Translations under genes and position numbers: made by a program
The notes under the pieces: model-generated
Databases searched by the model: none
Told to the model about the DNA's origin: nothing
The model's input: the letters and a program-made list of their open reading frames with translations, nothing else
Shown: piece by piece, positions 40,927 to 52,221 of the stretch
How the letters are laid out: each line of letters begins with the position of its first letter
Position numbering within the stretch: the first letter of the stretch is position 1
From: an uncultured delta proteobacterium
GTDB taxonomy: Bacteria; Desulfobacterota; Desulfobacteria; Desulfobacterales; JAFDCJ01
Length of the DNA stretch: 64,000 bases
Direction of reading: 5' to 3'
Assembly (NCBI GenBank): GCA_963769935.1
Contig: CAVYNY010000039.1
Coordinates: forward strand, 1 to 64,000

Positions 40927-42741
40927 ATGGACCGGTGCATGGACAACCTGAATTACGGCGTGATCGGCAATTGTACGAGCGCGGCCCTGGTATCCCGGCA
41001 AGGAACGATTGAATGGTGCTGCCTGCCGTATTTCGATTCGGCTGCATTTTTTGCCAAAATATTGGATCGAAATATCGGTGGTGAATTCGCCATCCGGGTG
41101 GCCGCCGATTATAAAATTTTGCAGCATTATTTGCGCAAGACGAATATTCTGGTGACATCGTTTCAGCGCGGAAAAGATCAGTTTGAAGTAATTGATTTCA
41201 TGCCCCGCTACAAAAGAGATTCCGGAGCCTACCACTGCCCGCCGGATATCGTCCGCTATATTCGACATATTTCCGGCAAACCGATCATAAGAGTCAATTA
41301 TGACCCGCGGCCCGGCTACGGGCTGAATGAAATCAAAAGAGAAATCCGCCGCGAGTATATCAAGGTTCTTACGGTGCGAGACCCCTACGAATCGGTTTAT
41401 TTGTACTCCGATCTCGACTACCGCAAGATTGCCGAGGGCAAGCCGATCGGCGTTGAGCAGGATCATTATTTTCTGCTCAGCTACAATCAGAAGCTGGTCG
41501 AGCTCAATCTGGATGCCGTTCAGCTCGAATATGAGAAAACCAGGGTCTACTGGCTCAACTGGTCCTCTCAAACCCGGCGTTTTGCCATGTATAACGAGGA
41601 GATCGTTCGCAGCGCCCTGGTGCTGAAATTGCTTTCCTTTCAAAAGACCGGCGCTATCTTGGCGGCGCTGACCACCTCCCTGCCCGAAGAACTCGGATCG
41701 GTCCGCAACTGGGATTACCGCTTCTGCTGGCTGCGGGATGCGTCCATGAACATCGCCGTGCTTACCACCGTCGGGCATTATCGCGTGGCCAGGCGATTTT
41801 TGGATTTCATTCTGGACGTCATTCCCTACAAGGATGAACAAATCCAGATCATGTACGGCATCAACGGCCAAAAGAACCTGTCGGAAAAGGTCTTGCCGGG
41901 ACTGCAGGGCTATGAAGATTCAAAACCTGTCCGGATCGGCAATGACGCATACAGACAAAGGCAAAACGACATTTTCGGCGTCCTGCTGGACGTCATTTAC
42001 CAGTATTTAAAAATTTTCAAACGCGATACAGTGGAATACCGGGAGGAACTCTGGACCGTGGTGCGAACCCTCGGCCGACACGTGGAGCGCAACTGGATGA
42101 AGAAGGATCGCGGGATCTGGGAAATCCGCGGCCGGAAAAAGCATTTCACTTTTTCCAAGGTGCTGTGCTGGGTGGCCATGGATCGTGCCATGAAAATCGC
42201 CCGGCTTTTCTCCATGGATAGCTATGTGCGCGTTTGGGCCGATATGCGCCAAAAAATTCGCAGCGACATCTTAAAAAAGGGCTGGAATGCGGAGGTTAAC
42301 GCTTTTGTTCAGGCGTATGATGAAAAGGATTTGGATGCGGCCAACCTGCTGATGGAGCATTACGGTTTCATTGAAGCCGATGATCCCCATTATGTGAGCA
42401 CCGTTATCGAGACGCATAAACAACTCGGCCGAGACGGCTTGATGTACCGCTACCGGAATCATGATGATTTCGGCGTCCCAAAATCCTCATTTACCGTCTG
42501 CACCTTCTGGATGGTTAAAAGTCTTTATAAAATCGGCCGCCGAAAAGAGGCGGAAAGCCTTTTTCAAAAAATTCTATCGCACTGCAACCACCTGGGGTTG
42601 CTGAGCGAAGACATCGATTTCGATACCAAAAGACTGCTGGGCAATTTCCCCCAGGGATACAGCCATCTGGCCTTGATCGACGCCGCCATCACGTTGAGCG
42701 GGGAAGACATCACCGCGCCGATACAGCCGCCGCTAAAATAA
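40927..42741 (+). CDS. Glycoside hydrolase family 15 (trehalase/glucoamylase-like)
   Basis: TTSLPE...RNWDYRFCWLRD, GIWEIRG and LGNFPQGYSH motifs. Confidence 0.93.
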   Translation: MDRCMDNLNYGVIGNCTSAALVSRQGTIEWCCLPYFDSAAFFAKILDRNIGGEFAIRVAADYKILQHYLRKTNILVTSFQRGKDQFEVIDFMPRYKRDSGAYHCPPDIVRYIRHISGKPIIRVNYDPRPGYGLNEIKREIRREYIKVLTVRDPYESVYLYSDLDYRKIAEGKPIGVEQDHYFLLSYNQKLVELNLDAVQLEYEKTRVYWLNWSSQTRRFAMYNEEIVRSALVLKLLSFQKTGAILAALTTSLPEELGSVRNWDYRFCWLRDASMNIAVLTTVGHYRVARRFLDFILDVIPYKDEQIQIMYGINGQKNLSEKVLPGLQGYEDSKPVRIGNDAYRQRQNDIFGVLLDVIYQYLKIFKRDTVEYREELWTVVRTLGRHVERNWMKKDRGIWEIRGRKKHFTFSKVLCWVAMDRAMKIARLFSMDSYVRVWADMRQKIRSDILKKGWNAEVNAFVQAYDEKDLDAANLLMEHYGFIEADDPHYVSTVIETHKQLGRDGLMYRYRNHDDFGVPKSSFTVCTFWMVKSLYKIGRRKEAESLFQKILSHCNHLGLLSEDIDFDTKRLLGNFPQGYSHLALIDAAITLSGEDITAPIQPPLK

Positions 42742-43051
42742 CCTTAACGTTGCATAAATCGTTTCCTGCTCCCGCAACCCTTTTACGTCCCGCTGCTCAA
42801 ATACATTATTCCGGACCGCGCAATACTGGATTCACCTTATTTACCGGCGTCCATTTGCCGGCTAAATTAATCTCAAAATATAACCCTGTGAAGAATTTAA
42901 TCCGCTGCCATATCGGAATCGGCAAGACAGATGCGGAGCGGATACAGCGCTTTTCAAAGCACTACGCGCTTTCGGTATTTGATGAGACGCATGTGGCCCA
43001 GTCAGCAAAATCAACTCAATACGGCGTGAATTATTTGCAAAGGAGGATATC

Positions 43052-43330
43052 ATGAAACATTATTATACCATCCGGTTGGACGACAAAGCGGTTAGATTTA
43101 CACCCACGGGGGAAGTTGCGGTGGTGGATGCCATTCAGGCCCTAAGCGGATCAGACCGTGCAGGATTCATCTGGCAGGATATCCGCAAGGCACATCCGAA
43201 ACTCGATAGCCGTTGCCATGAATTTTCTTTTCGGAAAAACGCATCCACCGAAGTGGTTGACAACGAGGGCTGGGAAAAGATCGAAGAAGCGCTTATTGAC
43301 TACATTGTTGATAAAGGCCTTCCTGCTTAA
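43052..43330 (+). CDS. Hypothetical protein
   Basis: 92-aa ORF with an AAGGAGG RBS. Confidence 0.7.
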   Translation: MKHYYTIRLDDKAVRFTPTGEVAVVDAIQALSGSDRAGFIWQDIRKAHPKLDSRCHEFSFRKNASTEVVDNEGWEKIEEALIDYIVDKGLPA

Positions 43331-43559
43331 CCGGTTGATCCGTTAGCCCGTTGACCCGTTGGTCCGTTGGCCCTTTGGGCGATCCGGTAAACCAGCTAAC
43401 CGGCCAACCGATAAACCCAACCTTTCACCATTACCGGCGAAGCGCAAGCCCTATTCTCCGGAGGCCGATTGGGCTGATGGCCCTGACCCGCCTCTGATGA
43501 TTGTCGTGCAAATCTGCCTGCATTTGACATCCATAGCCGGGAGCATTAGTTTTTAAACT

Positions 43560-43880
43560 ATGGTTCCGGAAAATGATATGATGAAATTCAGGAATCTTGA
43601 CCGCGTTTGTCTGAACCTGCTGGCATACCAATGGATTCATGTCCGGCCGCCGGGGACGATGGCGGTCGATCAAATAACGGATTGCTTTGCCGACATTCCG
43701 AAGGCACATGTGCATAAAGCCTTGGCGGCCCTGGATGAAAAGGGATTCATCCTTCTGGAATCCAGGGGCAAAAGTGCTTCCCTGACCAGGAAAGGGTTTG
43801 ATCATATCTGCAGCGCTGTAGCCGAACCGGTATGTACCAACGTCCGCTCGGATTCGCCATTTAAAGGGCGGCGATTTTGA
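43560..43880 (+). CDS. Hypothetical protein, possible winged HTH
   Basis: VHKALAALDEKGFI...ASLTRKG pattern. Confidence 0.5.
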   Translation: MVPENDMMKFRNLDRVCLNLLAYQWIHVRPPGTMAVDQITDCFADIPKAHVHKALAALDEKGFILLESRGKSASLTRKGFDHICSAVAEPVCTNVRSDSPFKGRRF

Positions 43881-44042
43881 GCAAATCGGCCGGCAAGTCC
43901 CTGGCACCGTTCTTACCGTCCCGCTTCATCTTGCTCCTGCAATAAACCAGGCCGCCATCGCCGTCTACGAGGACAGCCGCTACATTGCCGCCCACTTCTC
44001 ATCCGACCGGAAGGATTTCCCGGCCTCGCTACTTCGACCACT

Positions 44043-45504
44043 GTTTGTTCAAAACAGGGTCGATGCCGACGCGGCGGGCCAGGTCGGAGGTGAACAGGCC
44101 GTCCGGGTCGAGTCGCCGCTTGATCGCCAGGAGTTCCCGGTAGCGCGGATAGACGCGGTAGAACTGATCGGGCCGTCAGGACCTGGTCCTTGGCAAGGTG
44201 AATCTTGCCGCCGCGCCGCACCGTCGCATCGATGAGGCGGTCGACGGCCTCGCGGCTGGCGGCTTCGTGGCGCTTCTTGGGGTGGAACTCGAAGTTGAGG
44301 CTGTAGCCGTCCTCGGAGAACGAAATCAGGCAGTCGTCCGGCTTGTGGGCGCGCAGGATGGTCGTGACCGGCGGGCAGGGCGACGACCGGCAGATCCCCA
44401 TCAGCTCGATAATCGCTTCGCGCGCGCCGGCTCGCGGAAAGGTGAGCTGGACGGTGTATCCGCGCGGGCCGCAGACGAGGTGGGCCGGCGGCACGGTGAA
44501 GCTGGCCTCGAAACCGAACCGCAGGAAGAGTTCGGAGTTCGAAGAACGGTCTCATTCGGTACAGCAGCCGGCACATGGCGTAATAGAGCCGGTTGAACGA
44601 ATTCATCATGGGGCGCTGCGCGTGCAGCAGGAGCGACAGGATGGGACCGAATTTTTCGTGAAGCGCCAGGCCGAATTGGCGGTGGTCGTTCGAGGCGTTC
44701 GTAGCCTGCCGCGAGGATTTCCCGGCGTTGGGATTCGGTGTCATGGCGCTCGATCCATTTCGCGGCGTGGATCACGGAGCGGCCAATTTTGCGGCCATGG
44801 GCGTAAGCGTCCACCCACACGACGGCCGCATCGTGCGATTTTTCGACCCGGCTCATCGTCGCGAGCAGCGCGTCGACGTCGGGCGCCGGGATGCGGTTGA
44901 TTTCGACAAAGGGCGATGGGATCGGTATCAGCCGAAGCGTCGCCTCCAGGATGATGCCGAGCAGCCCGATGCCGCCCAGCACGGCATTGAAGAGTTCGTG
45001 CGACCGGTCGATGCGGATCACCTCACCGTTGGCGAGCAGGAAGGTGAGACGGACGACCTGGTGGGCAAAGCTGCCGTGGTGCCAGGCGTCCTTGCCGTTG
45101 ACGTTGGCGCACATCGCGCCGGCGACACTGGAGTGCGATTCGGTCGGGCTGGCGGCCAGCATGAGCAGGCGATGGTGGACCGCCTGGTAGATATCGATGA
45201 TTCGAATGCCGGCCTCCACGGTGATCAGGGCGGCCGCCTCGTCGAACGCGAGGATCCGATTCATGGCGCTCATGTCGAGGAGGGCCTGGCCGTCGTTGAG
45301 CGCAACATCCCCGTAGCCGCGCCCGGCCCCGCGCGCGCAGATGGTCATTCCGTTCCGACGGCAGTAGGCCAGCGCCTCGCGGCACTGTTCAATTGTCCGC
45401 GGACGGGCAACAAGGGAGCGCGTTCGAATGGAGCCGACCAGTGAGGCCAGCTCCTTCCACTCCATGAAGCTCGGGGGTGCCTGTATTTCAGGCTTTAATG
45501 GCAT
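44043..45504 (-). pseudogene. FAD-binding oxidoreductase (DprE1/VAO-like) split by several frameshifts
   Basis: ARGAGRGYGD and ANVNGKD in 44401..45504; FNRLYY in 44049..44744; GYSLNFEF...GGKIHLAKD in 43913..44494. Confidence 0.8.
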
Positions 45505-46687
45505 GGTGGATTCTTTCCAGAGCCCAATCGACCTGATCCTTGGTAATGATCAAAGGCGGCGCAAAGCGAATAATATGCTCATGGGTTTCTTTACACAGCA
45601 GCCCATTTTCTTTGAGTTTTACGCAGTACGGTCGGGCACCGCCGGCTGCCGGATCGAGTTCCAGACCGATCATCAATCCCTTTCCCCGCACCTGCTTGAC
45701 CCGCGGGTTTGAAATCTGCCTGAGACCCTCCATAAAATAAGCCCCCATTGTTGCCGCGTTTTCGATGAGCCCCTCTTCCACCAGGACCTTCAAAGCTGCC
45801 CGGGCAACAGCGCAGGCCAGCGGGTTGCCTCCGAAGGTGGAACCGTGTTCGCCGGGCTGAAGCACGTTCATGACCTCGGTGTTGGACAAAACTGCGGAAA
45901 CCGGATAAAAGCCGCCGGAAAGGGCTTTGCCGATCAACGTCAAGTCCGCTTCAATCCCGTCATGCTCCTCTGCCAGCAATTTGCCGGTGCGCCCTAAACC
46001 GGTTTGGATTTCATCCAGGATCAGGATAACCTGGTGTTTTGCACACAGCGCTTTGGCCTCCTTGAGATACCCTGCCGGCGGGATGATCACGCCGGCCTCG
46101 CCCTGAATCGGCTCCACCAGAAAAGCGACGGTGTTGGGCGTTATGGCCGCTTCAAGGGCCTTCACATCACCGAAAGGAATCAGTGTGAACCCCGGTGTGA
46201 ACGGGCCGAACCCCTTGCGCGAATTCGGATCCGTGCTGAAGCTGATGATGGAAATGGTCCGGCCGTGAAAATTGTTTTCACAGACGATAATTTCGGCCTG
46301 ATCCGCAGGGACGCCTTTGACCGTATACCCCCATTTGCGCACGGTTTTGATGGCAGTTTCCACGGCTTCGGCACCGCTGTTCATCGGCAGCACCTTATGG
46401 GAGCGGGTCAGTTCGCAAACTTCCCTGTAAAAAAGGCCGAGTTGATCATTGCGAAACGCCCGTGATGTCAAAGTCAGTTTATGAGCCTGATCCATAAAGG
46501 CCTGCCTGATTTTCGGATGGCAATGCCCCTGGTTGACTGCGGAATAGGCCGCCAGGCAATCCAGATATTTGTTGCCGTCCACATCCCAGACCCAGACGCC
46601 TTGGCCGCGGCTTAAAACGACATCCAACGGCCGGTAGTTGTGGGCGCCGTATTGATCCTCCATTTTGATATATTCGTGGGAATCCAT
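45488..46687 (-). CDS. rocD: Ornithine-oxo-acid aminotransferase
   Basis: [39 protein letters not shown] and GKALSGG motifs. Confidence 0.96.
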   Translation of the reverse strand: MDSHEYIKMEDQYGAHNYRPLDVVLSRGQGVWVWDVDGNKYLDCLAAYSAVNQGHCHPKIRQAFMDQAHKLTLTSRAFRNDQLGLFYREVCELTRSHKVLPMNSGAEAVETAIKTVRKWGYTVKGVPADQAEIIVCENNFHGRTISIISFSTDPNSRKGFGPFTPGFTLIPFGDVKALEAAITPNTVAFLVEPIQGEAGVIIPPAGYLKEAKALCAKHQVILILDEIQTGLGRTGKLLAEEHDGIEADLTLIGKALSGGFYPVSAVLSNTEVMNVLQPGEHGSTFGGNPLACAVARAALKVLVEEGLIENAATMGAYFMEGLRQISNPRVKQVRGKGLMIGLELDPAAGGARPYCVKLKENGLLCKETHEHIIRFAPPLIITKDQVDWALERIHHAIKA

Positions 46688-46889
46688 TCTGACCGCCTCG
46701 ATAAGGTTCTTCTTTCCGTCTTGGAATATCGATCAAACCTTTTTGCTTATTCCTTGTCAATAAAATTTTTCGAAAACATCCGGCGGGCGAGCAACTGACC
46801 GGACCAGCCCAATTGCCTGGATTTTCTTGTCTTGACATTGTTATGACTACTTATATAGTAAGCTGGAATGTGCAAAGGAGACTCATTTC

Positions 46890-48779
46890 ATGAAACATTA
46901 TAGGTTGTTCATAAAATACGTTGTCCTGGCGCTGATGATTTTTATCTTCATGGCCCCGCCGTCACAGCCGGTCTCCGCGTCGGACGGCGTGATGATGCAA
47001 TATTTTCATTGGTATTTTCCGGCAGGGGGCCTTCTCTGGGACGAAGTTGCCGCTCGCGCGGATGACCTGGCGGCAGCCGGAATTACCGCCCTCTGGTTGC
47101 CGCCCGCCTATAAGGGAGCCTCCGGCAATGATGTCGGCTACGGCGTTTACGACCTTTATGATCTAGGAGAGTTTAATCAAAAAGGAACCGTCCCGACCAA
47201 ATACGGCACCCGGGACCAATACGTGAGCGCCATCAATGCCGCCCACCGGGCGGGGATACAGGTTTATGCCGATGTTGTTTTCAACCATAAAATGGGAGCG
47301 GATTTTACGGAAAAAGTGAAAGCGGTTCGGGTTGCGCTCGACAACCGCAATTACGAGTACGGCGGTGATATTTGGATCGATGCCTGGACAGGGTTTGATT
47401 TTACCGGCCGGCAGAATCTATATTCATCCTTTAAATGGCGCTGGTATCATTTCGACGGCACCGACTGGGCCGATAACCTGCAGGAGACGGGTAAAATCTA
47501 TAAATTCCGTGGAATCGGAAAATCATGGGATTGGGAAGTGGATACCGAAAATTACAACTACGACTATTTGATGGGGGCGGATCTGGATTTTGACCATCCC
47601 GAGGTGCGGGAGGAGTTGAAGCGCTGGGGCCGTTGGGTGGCAGCGCAAACCAATGTTGATGGATTTCGCCTGGATGCGGTCAAGCATATTCAGTTTGGAT
47701 TTTTCCCGGAATGGCTGGATGACCTGCGATCCGCGACGGGAAAAGAACTTTTTGCGGTGGGTGAATTCTGGAGCGGCAGCATCGACAAGCTGAATAATTA
47801 TATCGCCAAAACCGGGGGCCGCATGTCGTTGTTCGATGCCCCGCTGCACTACAATTTCCAGGCGGCTTCAAAGGGAAACGGCAATTACGACATGAGCAAA
47901 TTGATGGACAACACCTTGATGAAGGAGCAGCCGCTGCTGGCGGTAACCCTGGTGGAAAATCACGACACTCAGCCCTGCCAGGCGCTGGAATCACCGGTTG
48001 AAGATTGGTTTAAACCCCTGGCCTATGCCTTTATTCTCCTGCGACAGGAAGGCTATCCCGACATCTTCTATGCCGACTACTACGGGGCGCAATACACCTC
48101 TTCGGACAACCGGTGCGGTGAAGCAGCCGGCGGCCGGGCGACGATCACGATGACCGCCCAAAAGCCCCTTATCGACAAACTCCTTGAGGCCCGCAAAAGG
48201 TTTGCCCATGGGCCGCAAAAGGATTACCTGAACCATTGGGATATCATCGGCTGGAGCCGCCTGGGAGACGCCGCGCATCCCGGGGCCATGGCCGTGATTA
48301 TGAGCGATCGCCAGGGGGGAACCAAGTGGATGGATGTCGGCCGGCCGAATACGTCATTTATTGATATGACCGGCCATCGCTCCGATACCATTCGAACGAA
48401 CCCCGCCGGCTGGGGTGAGTTCGCGGTCAATGACGGTTCGGTTTCGGTATGGGTCGAACCGTCGATTCTCGGGAGTGGGACCGTAATCGTCGAGGTCGCA
48501 TTTACCTGTCGCAACGGCCAAACCTCCTGGGGACAAAATGTCTACGTCGTCGGCAGCATTCCTGAACTGGGAAATTGGGATACAGACAAAGCCAGGTTAC
48601 TCACGCCGAATAATTATCCGGATTGGGGTCAAACCATATCGCAACTGCCCGCCGATACCCAAATTGAGTGGAAATGCATCAAAAAAGACGGGGCCGGCAA
48701 TGTCGCCTGGCAGTCCGGCGACAACAATAAATTCACAACACCCGGCAGGGGCCCAGGCGCAGCTTCCGGGTCGTTTTAA
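46890..48779 (+). CDS. Secreted alpha-amylase (GH13_5-like) with C-terminal CBM20
   Basis: Signal peptide; MMQYFHW, DVGYGVYDLYDLGEF, GFRLDAVKH and VENHDTQP; CBM20 GQNVYVVGSIPELGNW. Confidence 0.94.
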   Translation: MKHYRLFIKYVVLALMIFIFMAPPSQPVSASDGVMMQYFHWYFPAGGLLWDEVAARADDLAAAGITALWLPPAYKGASGNDVGYGVYDLYDLGEFNQKGTVPTKYGTRDQYVSAINAAHRAGIQVYADVVFNHKMGADFTEKVKAVRVALDNRNYEYGGDIWIDAWTGFDFTGRQNLYSSFKWRWYHFDGTDWADNLQETGKIYKFRGIGKSWDWEVDTENYNYDYLMGADLDFDHPEVREELKRWGRWVAAQTNVDGFRLDAVKHIQFGFFPEWLDDLRSATGKELFAVGEFWSGSIDKLNNYIAKTGGRMSLFDAPLHYNFQAASKGNGNYDMSKLMDNTLMKEQPLLAVTLVENHDTQPCQALESPVEDWFKPLAYAFILLRQEGYPDIFYADYYGAQYTSSDNRCGEAAGGRATITMTAQKPLIDKLLEARKRFAHGPQKDYLNHWDIIGWSRLGDAAHPGAMAVIMSDRQGGTKWMDVGRPNTSFIDMTGHRSDTIRTNPAGWGEFAVNDGSVSVWVEPSILGSGTVIVEVAFTCRNGQTSWGQNVYVVGSIPELGNWDTDKARLLTPNNYPDWGQTISQLPADTQIEWKCIKKDGAGNVAWQSGDNNKFTTPGRGPGAASGSF

Positions 48780-48794
48780 TATAGAGGAGCCAGC

Positions 48795-49079
48795 ATGGCA
48801 GCCTATCTCATCGGTCACATTACCATCAAGGACCCCGTTAAATGGAACGTGTATGTCGAAGGCGTCCGAAAATCCCTGATCCCTTTTGAGGCGCAGGTCA
48901 TATTTCGCGGCCAACGCGCCTCGGTTCTGACTGGCGAGCATCCTTACCGCGATACGGTTGTCATAAAATTTGCCGACCAACCGACCTTGCAGAACTGGTA
49001 TCACTCCGAAAGTTACCAGCAATTGATTTCCACACGGGACAGCGCGGCCGATGTTGTGATCATCAGCTATGACGCCTGA
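48795..49079 (+). CDS. DUF1330-family protein
   Basis: AYLIGHITIKD...VVIKF...WYHSESYQ...RD. Confidence 0.85.
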   Translation: MAAYLIGHITIKDPVKWNVYVEGVRKSLIPFEAQVIFRGQRASVLTGEHPYRDTVVIKFADQPTLQNWYHSESYQQLISTRDSAADVVIISYDA

Positions 49080-49212
49080 GGGACCCAACAAGGATTGGGG
49101 ATTGCGGATTGCGGAATTAAATGCTAAATTGCTGCTAATTGCAAGTAGATACACCTTGCGGCAACTTGCTCCAGGCAGAAAGTATTGCGTTTCTATCGAT
49201 ACGATTAAGACA

Positions 49213-50166
49213 ATGAAATCAACCGACAACAACACCTTGGAATGCCCCGACTGCGGTGAGCCGATCAAAGCCGGCTGGAAGATCTGTCCGGCCTGCGAAT
49301 TCCGGCTGGCCGCTTTAGCCTGTCCGCTCTGCGGCCGGGAAGTCAAAGAAACCTGGAAGCGCTGCCCCGAGTGTGAAGCCCGCCTGCAGTGCAGTACCTG
49401 CGGCCGTCGGCTGGCATCGGGCCGCCGGGATTGTTTGTATTGCAAACCTCAACCATCAGACGTGGAAGAGACGGCGTCGAGCCTGATCGCTGCGCTGACC
49501 GGCATGGAATTGGTGCGGGTGCCCGGAGGCCGGTTTATGATGGGCGACACCTTTGGCGAAGGACTTGATAACGAAGGCCCGCTTCACGAGGTCGAACTGA
49601 ATCCGTTTTACATCGGCCGCCATCCCGTTACGCAGGCCCAGTGGCTGCGGGTAATGCCCATTAACCCTTCGGCCTTCAAGGGCGACAACCATCCGGTAGA
49701 GCAGGTCAGCTGGTTTGATGTCCTGAATTTTCTGCAGCAATACGCGGCGATGGCGCCGGGCGAACCCCCCTACCGCCTGCCGACCGAGGCCGAATGGGAA
49801 TACGCCGCGCGCAGCGGCGGCCGGGAGGAAAAATACGCCGGCAGCGACCCGGTTGGATCCCTGGCCTGGTTTGGCGAAAACAGTGGCGGAAGGACCCGTC
49901 CGGTCGGCTTGAAGCAGCCCAACGGACTTGGCCTGTACGACATGTGCGGCAATGTGTGGGAATGGTGTCAGGATGTTTTCGATGAGCAGGCGTACACCGG
50001 CCATAGCAAAGCAAACCCGGTGGCCGCCGGCAGCGGACCGGACCGCGTGATCCGCGGCGGCAGCTTTAATCTGGATGAATGGAGCCTGCGCTGCGCACGG
50101 CGTTTCGGTTTTCCGGCGGATGCTTGCGGCCCCGGTTTGGGATTCCGGCTGGTGAGAGACGTTTGA
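49213..50166 (+). CDS. Double zinc-ribbon + FGE/SUMF1-like domain protein
   Basis: Six CxxC pairs, then FMMG, RLPTEAEWEYAAR, GLYDMCGNVWEW and RVIRGGS. Confidence 0.9.
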   Translation: MKSTDNNTLECPDCGEPIKAGWKICPACEFRLAALACPLCGREVKETWKRCPECEARLQCSTCGRRLASGRRDCLYCKPQPSDVEETASSLIAALTGMELVRVPGGRFMMGDTFGEGLDNEGPLHEVELNPFYIGRHPVTQAQWLRVMPINPSAFKGDNHPVEQVSWFDVLNFLQQYAAMAPGEPPYRLPTEAEWEYAARSGGREEKYAGSDPVGSLAWFGENSGGRTRPVGLKQPNGLGLYDMCGNVWEWCQDVFDEQAYTGHSKANPVAAGSGPDRVIRGGSFNLDEWSLRCARRFGFPADACGPGLGFRLVRDV

Positions 50167-50169
50167 TGC

Positions 50170-51198
50170 CTAAAACTGCTCAACCGCTTCAATAACCTTC
50201 GGTATCATGCCGCCGATTTTTTCCTGGCTAAGGCCGAGAAAATCCATGGCCCCTTTTTCAGCCTGGTACAAAATATCATCATCGTCATACCCGATGCCCC
50301 CCATCGTGGCAACATAATCCGCCATATGAAGGATGTAGGACAGTTCATCGCCATTTGAAATCGAAGGCTGATGGTGACACCCGATTGCCAGGGTGATGGT
50401 TTCAGGAATTTTCCAGGCCCGGCAAATTTCTGATGCGATTTCAGCATGATCGAACCCGAAAAAGTAGCGTTCGGCATCCAGGAACGTTTTTTCCTCCCGT
50501 GACATATAATCGCCGATTTTATCCTTTTTTTCCAGGATATACCGGTCCAGTATGATTTTGCCCACATCATGGATCAGCCCGGCGGTGTGAGCCTCATAAA
50601 TCAGATTTTTATTCTTCATCTCGACAATGAGTTTGGAGGCGAAGGCCACTGAAAGCGAATGCTTCCACAGGTCCTGGGCGTCGTACCCGTATCCCGGCAT
50701 TTTGCCCGCCAGCAGGTCGGCGGCGCCGGCCAGGGTGACGATTTCTCCCAGGGTCCGGTAGCCCAGCAGAAGAGAGGCCTGGTGAATGGAGGAAATCTTG
50801 CCGCTCATCCCATAAAAGGCCGAATTGGCCATTTTTAAAACTTTAGCCGCAATCGCCTGATCTGATTCAATAATTTCAGCCAGCTGTTTGGTGTCTGAAT
50901 TAAGGTTCGAAATTAAATGCTGGATTCTGATTACGACCTGCGGCATGGGCGGCAGGTCTTTGATGTCCTGGATGAGCTTCGACTTTAAATCATCCGATGT
51001 TTTTCCGCCCTTGGTCCGGCAATCCATCCCGCCGGCTTTATTTCCATTGTCGGATTCGGCCGCCGTCTGTTCCAATCCCGGATCGATTTTTATTTTTTCC
51101 CCACGATCTTGGCAGGTACAATTGTGACTGTGGTTGTTGCTCAGCATATCATCCTTCACTGTCATCGAATTACGGCACCGGGTGCAGGCATTTCCCAT
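50170..51198 (-). CDS. HDOD-domain signalling protein
   Basis: LPPMPQV, KVLKMANSAFYG, LWKHS, GLIHDVGK and GFDHAE motifs. Confidence 0.9.
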   Translation of the reverse strand: MGNACTRCRNSMTVKDDMLSNNHSHNCTCQDRGEKIKIDPGLEQTAAESDNGNKAGGMDCRTKGGKTSDDLKSKLIQDIKDLPPMPQVVIRIQHLISNLNSDTKQLAEIIESDQAIAAKVLKMANSAFYGMSGKISSIHQASLLLGYRTLGEIVTLAGAADLLAGKMPGYGYDAQDLWKHSLSVAFASKLIVEMKNKNLIYEAHTAGLIHDVGKIILDRYILEKKDKIGDYMSREEKTFLDAERYFFGFDHAEIASEICRAWKIPETITLAIGCHHQPSISNGDELSYILHMADYVATMGGIGYDDDDILYQAEKGAMDFLGLSQEKIGGMIPKVIEAVEQF

Positions 51199-51432
51199 AT
51201 TTCCCTCCTTCATGCAAGTTGGCCTTTCTCAATATCGGCCTTTATTGCCAAATCTTTAGATTCAATTTCATTAAAAGCCGCGTCAATTTCGTTGGCTGAA
51301 TTTTCACCTGTAACCGTTGCTAAAATGAACCGGATGATTATATTGGATCACTTTAGCCGGAGCATTCATCATAAAAACCTGTTTGAACAGCTAATTAAAA
51401 GATAACCCCCGGCCAGTTGAAAGTAATTGAAA

Positions 51433-51795
51433 ATGAATAAAAGAGATCTGAATCAAATTAAAAAAATATTAACCCAACAACTCAAGGAGTTGCTGAGCCG
51501 AGTCGATTGCAGTCTGGAGGGACTGGGTGAGGTAGAGGAGAATTTGTCCGATCCCGTCGATATCGCCGCGCAGGTTTCCGAACGCAATTTTTCCAACCAT
51601 CTATGCAGCCGGGAGAAACTGCTTATCCGAAAAATAGAGCAATCATTGCAGGATATCGAAGACGGCGTCTACGGACTTTGCGAAAATTGCGAAGAAGAAA
51701 TATCCATCAAGCGGCTGAAAGCCAGACCAACCGCCCGTTATTGCATAAATTGCAAAACAAAGATGGAAACCATGGAAAGGTTGACCCAGGACTAA
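51433..51795 (+). CDS. dksA: DksA/TraR-family RNA polymerase-binding protein
   Basis: DPVDIA (DxxDxA) and YGLCENC...RLKARP...CINC. Confidence 0.85.
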   Translation: MNKRDLNQIKKILTQQLKELLSRVDCSLEGLGEVEENLSDPVDIAAQVSERNFSNHLCSREKLLIRKIEQSLQDIEDGVYGLCENCEEEISIKRLKARPTARYCINCKTKMETMERLTQD

Positions 51796-51820
51796 AACGA
51801 CGGTGGAGGAAGCCCTGGTT

Positions 51821-52190
51821 TTACAATGTCAGCAGATTCGCCCCCTTTGCTCTACGGGGTGTTCGGCCCGCGATTTTTGCCAGAATGTGTCCCGCCCGCG
51901 CATAGTGCTCGGTGCTGATCGAAAAAAGCAGGCCCTCGATCGTGCTTTTTACGGCGGTTATCCGATTTTCGAGTCGGCTTTGCAGAGGATTTACAATTTC
52001 AGCAATCGTCTCACCGCTTGCGACGCGGTCGCCGAGCTGCCTTAAAAATACCACAATACCGGGCACCTCAGCTTTTATGTGCGCCACCCCCCTCAACGGC
52101 CTGGCCTCGTTTCGCAGCCCGGGGAGCCTGGGGGGGGCACCGCGAATTAATCCCCTTCCCTGCAGAAACCAAAAGATATGGTCGGCTATA
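51821..52190 (-). pseudogene. C-terminal fragment of a succinylglutamate desuccinylase/aspartoacylase-family gene
   Basis: FLQGRGLIRG...IKAEVPGIVVF...LGDRVASGETIAEIVNP...AKIAG; no N-terminal catalytic part. Confidence 0.6.
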
Positions 52191-52221
52191 AAGTTTCAAC
52201 TCTTCATTTTACCTGCCGGCC

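Noticed and set aside
40777..41871. 364-aa antisense ORF, and similar long shadow ORFs over glpD, the RND permease and GH63
   Set aside because: They lie opposite well-supported genes and have no recognisable motifs; this is expected from codon bias in GC-rich genes.
49213..50166. FGE/SUMF1-like domain as a diversity-generating retroelement target
   Set aside because: No reverse transcriptase or template repeat matching its 3' end is visible in the window.
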